DNA of 64,000 bases from an uncultured Candidatus Saccharibacteria bacterium. GTDB lineage: Bacteria > Patescibacteriota > Minisyncoccia > Phycocordibacterales > PALSA-1337. Below the pieces are notes generated by a model, which was given only the letters and a program-made list of their open reading frames with translations, did no database searches and was not told the DNA's origin. The position numbers were made by a program, and so were the translations under genes. This document shows, in pieces, positions 49,023 to 59,442 of the stretch (position 1 is its first letter; each line of letters begins with the position of its first letter). Location of the stretch: assembly GCA_964450345.1 (NCBI GenBank), contig CAYVEL010000001.1:16671-80670 (forward strand), written 5' to 3'.

Positions 49023-50966
49023 TTAGAAATCTATAAATATTGCTTTTACTCCTGTTGGTTCTTCTACCTCTTCTTTTTCTAACAATGCTCCGTCTAGATC
49101 TCCTATAAATTCTGACGGATCATTATATCTTTCAGATCCAAAGATAGTTCTAATTCTTGAGAAAAGCAAGAATACTTTTTTCTTTGCTCTCGTTATCGCT
49201 ACATAGAAGAGTCTACGTTCTTCTTCTGATTCTGCTTCACTCGTAGCATCGTCGCCTGTTCTATTATATGGGAATAAATCTTTTTCTAGTCCGGTTATGA
49301 ATACATAATCAAACTCTAGACCCTTAGAAGCATGAACGGTCATAATCTTTACAGCGTTTGAGGTCTCTTCCATTTCATCTTGATCTGTAGCTAGTGCAGC
49401 ATCTTCTATTAATTTCTCTATTCCGAATGGTGGCTTAATAGCATCGTACTTGCTGGCTAGGCTGGCTAACTCCCATACGTTTTCCAGAGCTTCTAAATCA
49501 TCCATCTTGCCCTGTCTTAAGAATGTTTCCATTCCAGATTCTCTAATAGCACTGGCTACTGCTTCGGAAGCTTTCTTTTCGTAAATAGAAGTTTTTATTC
49601 TTCTTAATATTTCGAAAAATTCATGAACTTTAATTTTTGCTGAATCGTTTAGATCGTTTTGGTTTCCTGCTATTAGTTTTGCGAGTGTTACCTTACCTAT
49701 TCCTCTTGTTGGGACGTTTATGATTCTGGTTATGTCAGATGTACTACTTTCATTCATTGATGCACGCAAGTAAGAGAGAATGTCCTTAACCTCTTTTCGT
49801 TCGAAGAATCTCGTGCCTAGAACTTGATACGGAACACTTTTTCTAATTAAAGATTCTTCTAGTAATCTTGACTGAAAATTTGCTCGATAAAGTATGGCGA
49901 TGTTTTTTGGTTCTACCCCCTTCTCGATCAAGTCATTTATTTTGTCTGCAACACTTCTCGCTTCATCTTTATCAGTAAGATTTTCTATCAAAGATATTTT
50001 TTCTCCGACAGTGTTTTGAGTGAATAATCTTTTTTCTTTTCTTAGTAAATTTTTAGAGATTATTTTATTTGCTGCCTCAAGAATATTTTTTGTTGAACGA
50101 TAGTTTTCTTCTAGTAAAACTACTTTTGCATCAGGATAATCTTTTTCGAAATCTAGTATATTTTGAAGGTTAGCTCCTCTCCAACTGTAAATAGTTTGGT
50201 CTGCATCACCTACAACACATATGTTTCTATTTTTTTGAGCTAATGCTCTAGCGATCTCATATTGGGTTTTATTGGTATCTTGGTACTCGTCTATGTGTAT
50301 GTACTTCCATATATTAGAGTAGTACTCTTTGACATTACTATTGTATTTAAGTAGAGAGGCTGTCTTTAGAAGTAAGTCGTCAAAATCTAAGCTGTTGTCT
50401 CTTTTTAAGATCTTTTCATATTCTGGCCAGACCTTTTTAGCTACTTGTCCTATTAAGTCTTTTCCGTCTGGATTATAGCCTGTCCATTCAAGCATCTCTC
50501 CTTTTGCACGGCTGATTGTATTCAGAATTGCGTTTGGTTCTATTTCTTTAACATTAGCGCCCACTATTTCCATGGCTTCTTTTACAGCTCTCTTTGAGTC
50601 TGCTCTATCAAATATTGAGTAATTTCTATTAAGACCTATTAATTGGGCGTTTTCTCTTAATATGTGCACTCCTAATGAGTGAAAAGTAGCCATAAAAGGC
50701 ATGCTTTGGTTAGAAACTGGGAAATTTAAACGTTTCTCGTTCTTAATTAATGAGGTTATTCTCTCCCTCATTTCTTTTGCTGACTTATTTGTGAATGTGA
50801 TAGCTAAAATAGACTCAGGATTAGCCCCTTTTAGGATTATTTCTAGTATTCTGTGTGAAATTGTCTTGGTTTTTCCAGCTCCTGCACCTGCTACGATTAA
50901 AAGTGGTCCGTCTATTGTAGAAACGGCTTCTTTCTGTCTTTCGTTTAGTGAATCTGTGTGTATCAT
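49023..50966 (-). CDS. pcrA: ATP-dependent DNA helicase UvrD/PcrA
   Basis: AGAGAGKT, TFTNKSA, DEYQDTN, VGDADQ, LEENYRST, MTVHASKGLEF, EERRLFYVAITRA. Confidence 0.94.
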   Translation of the reverse strand: MIHTDSLNERQKEAVSTIDGPLLIVAGAGAGKTKTISHRILEIILKGANPESILAITFTNKSAKEMRERITSLIKNEKRLNFPVSNQSMPFMATFHSLGVHILRENAQLIGLNRNYSIFDRADSKRAVKEAMEIVGANVKEIEPNAILNTISRAKGEMLEWTGYNPDGKDLIGQVAKKVWPEYEKILKRDNSLDFDDLLLKTASLLKYNSNVKEYYSNIWKYIHIDEYQDTNKTQYEIARALAQKNRNICVVGDADQTIYSWRGANLQNILDFEKDYPDAKVVLLEENYRSTKNILEAANKIISKNLLRKEKRLFTQNTVGEKISLIENLTDKDEARSVADKINDLIEKGVEPKNIAILYRANFQSRLLEESLIRKSVPYQVLGTRFFERKEVKDILSYLRASMNESSTSDITRIINVPTRGIGKVTLAKLIAGNQNDLNDSAKIKVHEFFEILRRIKTSIYEKKASEAVASAIRESGMETFLRQGKMDDLEALENVWELASLASKYDAIKPPFGIEKLIEDAALATDQDEMEETSNAVKIMTVHASKGLEFDYVFITGLEKDLFPYNRTGDDATSEAESEEERRLFYVAITRAKKKVFLLFSRIRTIFGSERYNDPSEFIGDLDGALLEKEEVEEPTGVKAIFIDF

Positions 50967-51292
50967 TCGATAATTATAGCATTTTATAACTGTGGATTAC
51001 GTGTGGACTAGGGCTTAGATTTATAAAGTTTTTTGAGATGTTGGTTTTGATTTATTTTGCAATAAAGCACAAAACCTGACAAGGTTTGTGTTTGACAAAA
51101 AGTTTTAATTGTTGTTATCAACAGGATGTTAAGAATGCTTATTGACTTATCTGGTATACCGTATATCCTAAGAATATGTTCGCTAGGTCTTGCGAATGTG
51201 AATGGCTCAACTAGGCCCTAAAATATATAAAAAACAACAGAAAGACTAATTCCAGTGTTCTATTTCTGCACCCCGAAACGATTGACCAATTT

Positions 51293-52384
51293 ATGAAATT
51301 ATATTCTAATTCTACAGTAAAAAATAATAAAATTATTAGAGGTTTTCTGTCCCTTGTAGTTTTATCTGCTGTCTCTATTCCTACCACCGCTTCTGCTTCG
51401 GTGTTTTCTATTTTTGGTGATGTTTTTACTAATAAATCAGTAGGTGCTGCACAGATGTCATTAAATTCTCAGAACATACAGTTATTAGAGGCACCAATAA
51501 ACGCAGATCCTCTAGTTTTAACTAAGGAGGCTGATATTGTTATGACTAATTCGTCAGTACTAGATTCTGAAGCGGGTCCATCGGGTTCTAGTGCGGATGT
51601 GTTAGAGGCTAAGAGTATAAATGGACAGATTTCAGTATATACCGTTAAGAAAGGCGATAATATATCTAGTATTGCTAAATTATATGGTGTTTCAGTTAAT
51701 ACTATTCTTTGGGCAAATAACTTATCTAAGGGCGTTGCCTTAAAAGAGGGACAAGATCTAATTATCTTGCCTATTTCTGGTATAAACCATGTTGTTAAGA
51801 ACGGAGAGACTCTTTCTGGAATCGTTAAGAAGTATGGTGCTGATATGGATGAAGTTTTAGCTTATAACGATTTAACCGTTAATTCTGTTTTAAAGTTGGG
51901 AGATGAGATTTTGATGCCAGACGTTGATATCGCAGAGCCTACTGCCGTAGCTTCTAAAACAAATTCTTCAACAGCTGGTACATCTAGATATCTTGGTGGA
52001 AGTGGTCCTTATTATCCTGGATATTATGCAATGCCTATATACGGTGCTCATAAGACACAAGATACTCATGGATGGAATGGTATAGATTTCGGTGCTCCAA
52101 TAGGAACTTATATCTATGCTGCTGCTGATGGTGTTGTGACTGTTAGTACAATGAATGGAGGATGGAATAAGGGTTATGGTAACTATGTGGTTATTAATCA
52201 TCCAAATGGAACTCAGACTCTGTATGGTCATGCTACAGCTGTATTCGTAAAGTATGGTGACTCAGTGAAAAAGGGTCAGGTTATCGCATCGGTCGGTTCT
52301 ACTGGTAAGTCTACTGGTCCTCACCTACACTTTGAAGTTAGAGGAGCTGCAAACCCATTTAGTAAGAAGTATTTAGGATACTAA
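51293..52384 (+). CDS. LysM plus M23 peptidase family protein
   Basis: Two LysM repeats (YTVKKGD, HVVKNGE); HxxxD variant HGWNGID; TGPHLHFEV. Confidence 0.92.
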   Translation: MKLYSNSTVKNNKIIRGFLSLVVLSAVSIPTTASASVFSIFGDVFTNKSVGAAQMSLNSQNIQLLEAPINADPLVLTKEADIVMTNSSVLDSEAGPSGSSADVLEAKSINGQISVYTVKKGDNISSIAKLYGVSVNTILWANNLSKGVALKEGQDLIILPISGINHVVKNGETLSGIVKKYGADMDEVLAYNDLTVNSVLKLGDEILMPDVDIAEPTAVASKTNSSTAGTSRYLGGSGPYYPGYYAMPIYGAHKTQDTHGWNGIDFGAPIGTYIYAAADGVVTVSTMNGGWNKGYGNYVVINHPNGTQTLYGHATAVFVKYGDSVKKGQVIASVGSTGKSTGPHLHFEVRGAANPFSKKYLGY

Positions 52385-53847
52385 TTAAATTTATTTATAT
52401 TTTTACGATATTGTAACGCCTCTAGAATATGAGGTGTTTTTATTTCAATACTATTTTCTAGAGCTGCTATTGTTTTAGATACTGAAATTATATTTTTAAT
52501 CTCTCGTGTAGACATATTAAAAATTTGGCTAGCATCTAGTATTATTTTTTTAGAATTTTCGTTTAATGATATTTCTTTTCTTAGTCTTATTCTAGCTGAA
52601 TATATTTTATGTTTGATATCGTCTGTTGAGATTTCATTAGATGATTTACACTGTATGATTTTTTCATTATTAATATCATTCATTTCTACCCAAATAGATA
52701 TTCTATTTGATATCGGTCCAGATATTTTGTTCTTATATTCATTCAATGTTTTACTATCACATGTACATGTTCTATCTCTTGAACCGTAAAATCCACACTT
52801 ACAAGGATTCATTCCTGCAATTAATATGAAATCAGAAGGATATTTAAAGTTAAAGCTGGATCTATTAATCTCTATATATTTATCTTCCATCGGTTGTCTC
52901 AATGACTCTATAGATCTAGACTCAAACTCTAAAAATTCATCAAGAAATAAAATACCATTATGAGCTAAAGTTATAGCACCAATATTGTTTGCCCCTCCTA
53001 TTATCGAAGCGTATGAAGCAGAATGGTGCGGGGATATAAAAGGGATTTTTATTTTCTCGTCTTCTAGATTATTGATAGAGTTTATCTTCAGTATTTCTAG
53101 GCTTTCTTGATAGTTTGGTTCAGGTAGTAATTCTATAGATGATCTTGCTAACGTAGTCTTACCACTTCCCGATCTTCCCCATAAGGCCATATGATGTTTG
53201 CCTGTTAAAGATATAATTAAAGCTCTTTTTGCGAATTCATTTCCGATAATCTTTGAAAACATTTTTTCAGAATCAGGATCTTTATTTTTAACTATTTCAG
53301 TTAATTGTTCCGATGTTTTTAATATGTTTGTATTTAAGTATTCAACACACTCATTTAAAGAGCTTACTGGTATTATTTCTATATCTATATTTTTATAAAT
53401 CGTACTGTAGTTAGCTTTAGGGATTATTATCTTTTTGTAGTGTGATTCTTTTGCTTTTAAAACTGCTAAGAATACCCCTTTTGTTTTTATTAGCTCGCCA
53501 TTTAAATTAAGTTCACCTATAAATATAGCATCTTCGATATTTGTTTTAATAATATTCTTTGTAGCTAGATATGCTATCGCTATGGGCAAATCAAACAAAG
53601 ATCCTTCTTTTTTAATTGAAGCGGGTGATAATGATACTGTGATTTTATTATTAAATTGTTTTGGTGGTCCATACCCAGAATTTTTAATAGCAGAAGATAC
53701 TCGGTCTTTGGCTTCTTTAATGGATCTATCTGTCATGCCAACTATATTAAAAGAGTGAAAACCTTTTGAGATATCTATTTCTATTTTGATTAGCTCACCT
53801 AAATTGTTTAAGTTTGGTTGGATGCTTGCTACTTTAAAATAATTCAT
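52381..53847 (-). CDS. comM: YifB/ComM Mg-chelatase-like AAA+ ATPase (divergent)
   Basis: EAKDRV.SAIKNSG, KEGSLFDLPIA, GSGKT, PHHSAS, LAHNGILFLDE, MNPCKCG, EALQYR. Confidence 0.85.
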   Translation of the reverse strand: MNYFKVASIQPNLNNLGELIKIEIDISKGFHSFNIVGMTDRSIKEAKDRVSSAIKNSGYGPPKQFNNKITVSLSPASIKKEGSLFDLPIAIAYLATKNIIKTNIEDAIFIGELNLNGELIKTKGVFLAVLKAKESHYKKIIIPKANYSTIYKNIDIEIIPVSSLNECVEYLNTNILKTSEQLTEIVKNKDPDSEKMFSKIIGNEFAKRALIISLTGKHHMALWGRSGSGKTTLARSSIELLPEPNYQESLEILKINSINNLEDEKIKIPFISPHHSASYASIIGGANNIGAITLAHNGILFLDEFLEFESRSIESLRQPMEDKYIEINRSSFNFKYPSDFILIAGMNPCKCGFYGSRDRTCTCDSKTLNEYKNKISGPISNRISIWVEMNDINNEKIIQCKSSNEISTDDIKHKIYSARIRLRKEISLNENSKKIILDASQIFNMSTREIKNIISVSKTIAALENSIEIKTPHILEALQYRKNINKFN

Positions 53848-53936
53848 TAGAAAATTATATTTCTTTATGGTTAAAGAAATATAGGAGAATTATAAAATCT
53901 AAATAAAATAAAACCCCTTTAAGGGGTTTTATTTTA

Positions 53937-54311
53937 TTAAATTACTTTAGTGCTTACGCTATCTTTTTTACACAATTTAGCTGCTGGGTTCGCTATTAGT
54001 TTAGCTTCCTCTATTTTTCCTCCGCAAGCTTCACAAATACCGTAGGTTCCCTTATCTATTTTTAGTAGTGCACTCTTTACTTCGTTAAATTGAGTTTCTA
54101 ATTGCTTCAAGATACCACTATTACCTTCAAAATGCTCTATCTTATCTGCTAATTCATTGTCGTCGGCAGAATCAATATCCATATTCTCAGGAACTGGTTC
54201 CCAGTCAGATGGATTGTCGGGGTTAATTCTACCCACAGTTTTGAGTTCCTCTTCGAGGTTCTTTAACTCATCCTGTAACAGTTTTTTGAACTGTTCATTG
54301 CTCTTTTTCAT
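53937..54311 (-). CDS. DksA/TraR C4-type zinc finger protein
   Basis: Coiled coil, AL.KIDKGTYGICEACG...NPAAKLC. Confidence 0.85.
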   Translation of the reverse strand: MKKSNEQFKKLLQDELKNLEEELKTVGRINPDNPSDWEPVPENMDIDSADDNELADKIEHFEGNSGILKQLETQFNEVKSALLKIDKGTYGICEACGGKIEEAKLIANPAAKLCKKDSVSTKVI

Positions 54312-54335
54312 GGGGCTATGCTATCACATTTTACA

Positions 54336-55667
54336 CTATCTTACAATCTTCCTTTTGTTGTATGAATTTACCACTGCTCTAAGGGTTTCTTCGTTTGTTG
54401 TGATGACTAAATTATCCTGATCTATAAAGCTATAAAGAATAATAGTGTCTTCCTCAGACGGTCCTTTTTTTAGTGCTCTTACATCCTTATTTTCTATCAA
54501 TTCATCTGTGAAATTTTTGAGACTGTATTCGCCTGTGTTTGATGAGCTTAGAATTCCACTTTCAGATACGAATAAAGGTGTAAATTCCATTCTCATATCA
54601 TTTTCGAAGCGAAGCATAGCGGCTAATGCACCTTGGAAAAAAGATACTTTAGATATTATGAATGGACTGTTTTTGACTCCATTACTATAAACTCCTAGCA
54701 TGAAGTCGCCTTTTAATGATGAATATAGTTGCTCGGGGATTTTAATATCAGACATCTCTAAAAAAGTCTGTATTGATATATCTGAACCACCATCTCTCAT
54801 TGAGCTGTCTTTTCTAAAGTAAATATTTCTAATTTTATCTTTTGCTAAAGTTGCTCCTATAGCAGAGATTAGTTTAGTGGTCTCTATTTTATCAGATATA
54901 CCTACGATAAATTTTTTGTTTTCATCAGCGGGTATTATTGTAGAAACATTTTCTACTGGTTCAATTTTTTTAGCTGGTTCATTATTAGCTAATGTACTTA
55001 TAGAATATAGATAGTATCCCCCATATCCACCGCCTGCCAGGAATAATAGGATGAATAATCCCATTAATAAATTTTTCCAAGGAAAAGAGAAGTTTTTAGG
55101 TATCTCTTCACTGTTTACTATTGTCTGATCATAGACTGCTTGCTCTAGTATTTGGTTTTGTGTTGGAATCTGGCTATTAAGTTCCTGTTCTCTTCTGTAT
55201 GTGCTACCATCTAGATTATTTTGGATCATTCTACCAATACCTATTTTATTTGGTTCGGTGTTTTGGGCTTCTGTTGCATTAATTTTGACTTGATTTTCTG
55301 ATATGTTTAATTTCGACTCAAAATTTTCTACACTAGAATTATTAAGATTACTAAATGGTTTGGCATCAGGAATTAAGCTACTTTTTATTACAGGTTCTAT
55401 CTTTGGACTTGGTTTATATTCCGATCTTGGTTGAAGTGGTCTTTGAATAGGTTTAGTAAAACCTTGGTTTCTTGGTGTATTTGATATTGATTGAGTTCCA
55501 GAATGAGCTTCGCTTTCAGCAATTGCAATCTTAATTTTAGACATGTTCTTAGATTGCATGGCGTCTCGCATGTCTTCTTCTAGTGTTCTTATAGGTCTAA
55601 TCTTAGGATCCTGTGGATTAGGAGTTATTGGGTTTGTGTTTGGGTTTTGTGGATTATTGGTATCCAT
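54336..55667 (-). CDS. Hypothetical membrane protein
   Basis: IRTLEED N-terminal motif, disordered region, one TM, C-terminal KDVR...LYSFID...ITTNE. Confidence 0.65.
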   Translation of the reverse strand: MDTNNPQNPNTNPITPNPQDPKIRPIRTLEEDMRDAMQSKNMSKIKIAIAESEAHSGTQSISNTPRNQGFTKPIQRPLQPRSEYKPSPKIEPVIKSSLIPDAKPFSNLNNSSVENFESKLNISENQVKINATEAQNTEPNKIGIGRMIQNNLDGSTYRREQELNSQIPTQNQILEQAVYDQTIVNSEEIPKNFSFPWKNLLMGLFILLFLAGGGYGGYYLYSISTLANNEPAKKIEPVENVSTIIPADENKKFIVGISDKIETTKLISAIGATLAKDKIRNIYFRKDSSMRDGGSDISIQTFLEMSDIKIPEQLYSSLKGDFMLGVYSNGVKNSPFIISKVSFFQGALAAMLRFENDMRMEFTPLFVSESGILSSSNTGEYSLKNFTDELIENKDVRALKKGPSEEDTIILYSFIDQDNLVITTNEETLRAVVNSYNKRKIVR

Positions 55668-55675
55668 TTATTTTT

Positions 55676-57889
55676 TTATAACTTAGGTGTGTTTTGAAGA
55701 TTGTTTTCACTTACTGCTGGCTGTGTTGGGGTTGGTGTACTCTGAGTTGGTCCTGTTACAGTTGCTACTGTTTTTGAAATTATTGGTTTAATAAAATCTT
55801 TATCGGCTTGCTTAATAGATAGACTATATCTTCCTCTCTCGTCCTTCTCCTTTATTATAACAGGAATTTTCTGTCCTACCTGTAAATATTTAGAAACAAC
55901 ATCTACTCTGAATGGTGCTATTTCTGAAATATGGACTAGACCTTCGGTGTCATAACCTATTTTAACGAATGCACCGAATTCCATAATCTTTGTAACTACT
56001 CCTTCGAATCTCTCTCCCGCCTTGTATTCTCTGGTCATTCCGTTAATTATTGTGTAAGCTTTTTCTGCTGTACCATTTTTACCTGTAATAAATACTGTTC
56101 CGTCATCGTTTATATCAATAGCCTCTACCCCTGTTTCCTCTTTGATTCCTTTAATCATTTTTCCTCCAGGACCGATAACTAGGCCAATCATATCCTGTTT
56201 GATTTTTAGAGTTAGAATCTTTGGAGCAAATACAGAAATATCTTTTCTTGCTTCTGGAATTGCTTTCTCTATTACGTCTAGAATTTGGAATCTTGCAGAT
56301 TTAGCTTTTTCAAAAGCTTCTCCTAGTATTGATACTGGAATTCCGTCTACTTTAACGTCCATCTGAATAGCTGTTACTCCTTCTCTTGTTCCTGCAACTT
56401 TGAAATCCATATCACCGTAATGATCTTCTGGACCCTGAATATCTGTTAGAACTTTATATTCTTTATCATTTCTAATCATTACTCCAGATGAAATTCCAGC
56501 TACAGGTCTCTTAATAGGAACACCTGCATCTAATAGAGCTAGTGTCGATCCACACACTGAACCCATTGAAGTAGAACCGTTTGATGAAACAGCTTCAGAT
56601 ACTACTCTTATTGTATAAGGGAATATTTCCTTTGCTGGAATCATTGGTGTTAAAGCCTTCTCAGCTAGAGCACCGTGACCAATTGATCTTCTACTTGGGT
56701 TTCCTGTTTTACCCGTCTCTCCTGTTGAGAATGGAGGGAAATTATACTGGTGTATATAGCGCTTTCCATCACCATTTTCTGTACCCTCTGTTACTTGAGC
56801 ATCTCCTGGAGCTCCTAGTGTTAGGATGGACATAATGTGAGTCTGGCCTCTATAGAATATTCCACTACCGTGTAGAAGTGATGATATACCACCTGCTTGT
56901 GCATACAATGGTCTAATTTCATCGAGCCTTCTACCATCAGCTCTTTTACCATTATCGATTGCTTGATCGTGAATGAATTGATTCACTTCTTCTTCAAAAA
57001 GTTCATCAGCTCTGATCTCGCTCTCTTCTGGAAGTTTTTCTGTTACTAGATTTGACCAAATTCTTCTAAGTTCTTCTATGCTATCTCCCCCAGGGATATT
57101 ACTTAATATGTATTTTTCAAACTGATTTTTAATTTCTGAAGTGAAAAGATTTTTAAGAGCATCACTTATTATTGGCTGAGGTATTGAGATTTTTGCTTTT
57201 CCAATTTCTTTAATTACTTGTTTTTGGAATGCTTGGATTTTTTCTATTTCACTAGAAGCGAATTCCATAGCAGAAATAATATCTGATTCTTTAGCTTCAT
57301 TACCACCAAGCTCAATCATGTTTATTTTTCCATCCTTACCACAGGCTACTAGTTCAAAATCAATGTCAGCAGATTCTCTAATTTCTTTTAGAGGATTTAC
57401 TATTAGTTCGTTCGAACCTTTCTTCTTTAGAATTCTAACAGCGGTTACTGGACCGTTCCAAGGAATATGAGATGTTCCTATAGCTAAAGATGCTCCTAGT
57501 ACACCCATGATATCAGGTGCCTCACTGTTTACTGCTACTGTGGATACTATTACCTGTATTTCATTTCTTATCCAATTATCAAATAATGGACGAATAGTTC
57601 TGTCGATTATTCTTCCAGAAAGTACAGCTTCTTCAGAAGGTTTACCTTCTCTTCTAGTGTATCTATTTCCTAGAATCTGACCTGAAGCATAGAATTTTTC
57701 TTCAAATTCAACAGTAAGAGGTAGAAAATCAGTCCCTTCTTTTGCTGATTGAGACATTACAGCGGTAGCTAAGATAACGCTTTCGCCATACTTCACCATT
57801 ACTGAACCATGAGCATTCCCTGCTAAATCACTAAAAACAGCGGTAAGCTCTTTGCCTCCGATAATTGTTTTAAATTCTTTCTTATTCAT
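55676..57889 (-). CDS. pnp: Polyribonucleotide nucleotidyltransferase
   Basis: FLPLTV, RTIRPLF, RRSIGHG, SNGSTSMGSVC, GDMDFKVAGT, KH and S1 domains. Confidence 0.97.
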   Translation of the reverse strand: MNKKEFKTIIGGKELTAVFSDLAGNAHGSVMVKYGESVILATAVMSQSAKEGTDFLPLTVEFEEKFYASGQILGNRYTRREGKPSEEAVLSGRIIDRTIRPLFDNWIRNEIQVIVSTVAVNSEAPDIMGVLGASLAIGTSHIPWNGPVTAVRILKKKGSNELIVNPLKEIRESADIDFELVACGKDGKINMIELGGNEAKESDIISAMEFASSEIEKIQAFQKQVIKEIGKAKISIPQPIISDALKNLFTSEIKNQFEKYILSNIPGGDSIEELRRIWSNLVTEKLPEESEIRADELFEEEVNQFIHDQAIDNGKRADGRRLDEIRPLYAQAGGISSLLHGSGIFYRGQTHIMSILTLGAPGDAQVTEGTENGDGKRYIHQYNFPPFSTGETGKTGNPSRRSIGHGALAEKALTPMIPAKEIFPYTIRVVSEAVSSNGSTSMGSVCGSTLALLDAGVPIKRPVAGISSGVMIRNDKEYKVLTDIQGPEDHYGDMDFKVAGTREGVTAIQMDVKVDGIPVSILGEAFEKAKSARFQILDVIEKAIPEARKDISVFAPKILTLKIKQDMIGLVIGPGGKMIKGIKEETGVEAIDINDDGTVFITGKNGTAEKAYTIINGMTREYKAGERFEGVVTKIMEFGAFVKIGYDTEGLVHISEIAPFRVDVVSKYLQVGQKIPVIIKEKDERGRYSLSIKQADKDFIKPIISKTVATVTGPTQSTPTPTQPAVSENNLQNTPKL

Positions 57890-57899
57890 TTTTTATTAG

Positions 57900-58005
57900 T
57901 CCTCCAAATGTTAGGTTTCAAAAGTATTTGGTACTATCGCAATAGCTTTTTGAGGCTTTTGTGATATTCCCTTCTATCACTTTTAAAAACTACATATTTG
58001 GAGGA
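57900..58005 (-). promoter_or_regulatory. Structured 5' leader of pnp
   Basis: TCCTCCAAAT(57900-57909) pairs with ATTTGGAGGA(57996-58005), enclosing hairpins CTAT/ATAG and GTGATA/TATCAC. Confidence 0.55.
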
Positions 58006-58166
58006 TGGTTAATTATTAACTTCTTGATTTTAACAGAAAAGTTAAATTAATTAAAGCTTTTTAAATGGGAAATAAAAAGCGAAAATCGGCCAGTTTTAAG
58101 GGCCGATTTTCGCTTATCTGATAATTAGACTTATCAGGATCTGTAAACTAAATTAAATTGTTGATT

Positions 58167-58778
58167 TTACTTATCCTTTCTATCTTTCTTATCTGTATTA
58201 TTTTGTATATTTGGTCTCTTTCTATTGTTCTTATTGATCGGGTTAAAGTTTCTGTTCTGAATATAAGGTTTCTGGCCAATTAGATAACGATCTGTATCAA
58301 GGTCTAAATCAAAGAATTCATCACAAGATTCTATTAATTTACTTGAAGTAGACTTACCAAATGAAACTACTTCTACCTGACATCCACTGTGCATCTGTAA
58401 GTATTCTACTAGTGGAACGAAGTCTCCGTCTCCTGTTAATAGAATTATTGTATCTAGTTTTGGAGCCATTTTAATAGCGTCTACTGCTAGACCGACATCC
58501 CAGTCTGCTTTTTTTGATCCTCCAGAAAATATCTGAAGATCTTTTGTCTTTGTTTCAATACCTACTTTTGCTAAAGCATCGAAAAAGTTCTGTTCCTCAC
58601 CACTTTCTGTTGAGATTACGTAAGCAATTGCACGTACTAATGCACGTTCTGCTACCGCATCTTTAACTATATCTCCGAAATTTACCTTTGAATTATAAAG
58701 GTTTCTAGCCGTATGATATAGATTTTGTGTATCGATGAAGACACCGACACGCTGTTCTTTATGTTTAATTATAGACAT
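58167..58778 (-). CDS. NYN domain (LabA/DUF88) protein
   Basis: VFIDTQNL, KKADWDVGLAVDA, LTGDGDFVPL. Confidence 0.92.
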   Translation of the reverse strand: MSIIKHKEQRVGVFIDTQNLYHTARNLYNSKVNFGDIVKDAVAERALVRAIAYVISTESGEEQNFFDALAKVGIETKTKDLQIFSGGSKKADWDVGLAVDAIKMAPKLDTIILLTGDGDFVPLVEYLQMHSGCQVEVVSFGKSTSSKLIESCDEFFDLDLDTDRYLIGQKPYIQNRNFNPINKNNRKRPNIQNNTDKKDRKDK

Positions 58779-59027
58779 ATAAATATTAGATTAAAATTTA
58801 TGTAAAAATTCTGAAAACTCGCACTTCGCACATTGTTTATAAAAACCACGCTTATGAATAAAAATTCATTAAATTCTTTTTGACAAAGATAATTAAAATT
58901 TAAAAAATAAACTTAACTTAGAATTTAACTAATTTAGAGTTTTAAAAAATGTAACTCTATAACTAATTTAAATTATACTACTAATCCTCTCTAAAACAGA
59001 ACCGCCTAGTGGCGGTTCGTGTAAAGA

Positions 59028-59297
59028 TTACTTTTTCTTAAGTTCAAGCTTCTTTGTGATAGCTTGGTATCTTTTTGGAGAATTTTTAAGTAAATAGTTA
59101 AGATGTGACTGTCTGTCTGCTACTAAACCTAGAAGACCTCTTCTTGAGTGGTTATCTGCAGCATGTTTCTTAAGATGACGAGTCAATTCCTCGATTCTTT
59201 CGGTGATTATAGCGATCTGAATCTCAGAAGATCCGGTATCTTTATCGTGAATACCGACGTTCTTTATGATCTTTGTTTTCTTTGTCTTTGAAAGCAT
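59028..59297 (-). CDS. rpsO: 30S ribosomal protein S15
   Basis: DTGSSEIQIA, HLKKH..DNHSRRGLL; ATG at 59297 preferred. Confidence 0.96.
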   Translation of the reverse strand: MLSKTKKTKIIKNVGIHDKDTGSSEIQIAIITERIEELTRHLKKHAADNHSRRGLLGLVADRQSHLNYLLKNSPKRYQAITKKLELKKK

Positions 59298-59442
59298 GAT
59301 TGGCACATAATAGCATAAAACGGTTTAACATGCAAGTAGCTTATCTATTCAGAGAGTATGGCTTATTAAATACATGATTAGATACACATTAAGCGACATA
59401 TATGACTCTTTCAAAACAGATTAAAAAGTATATACTTAAGTC

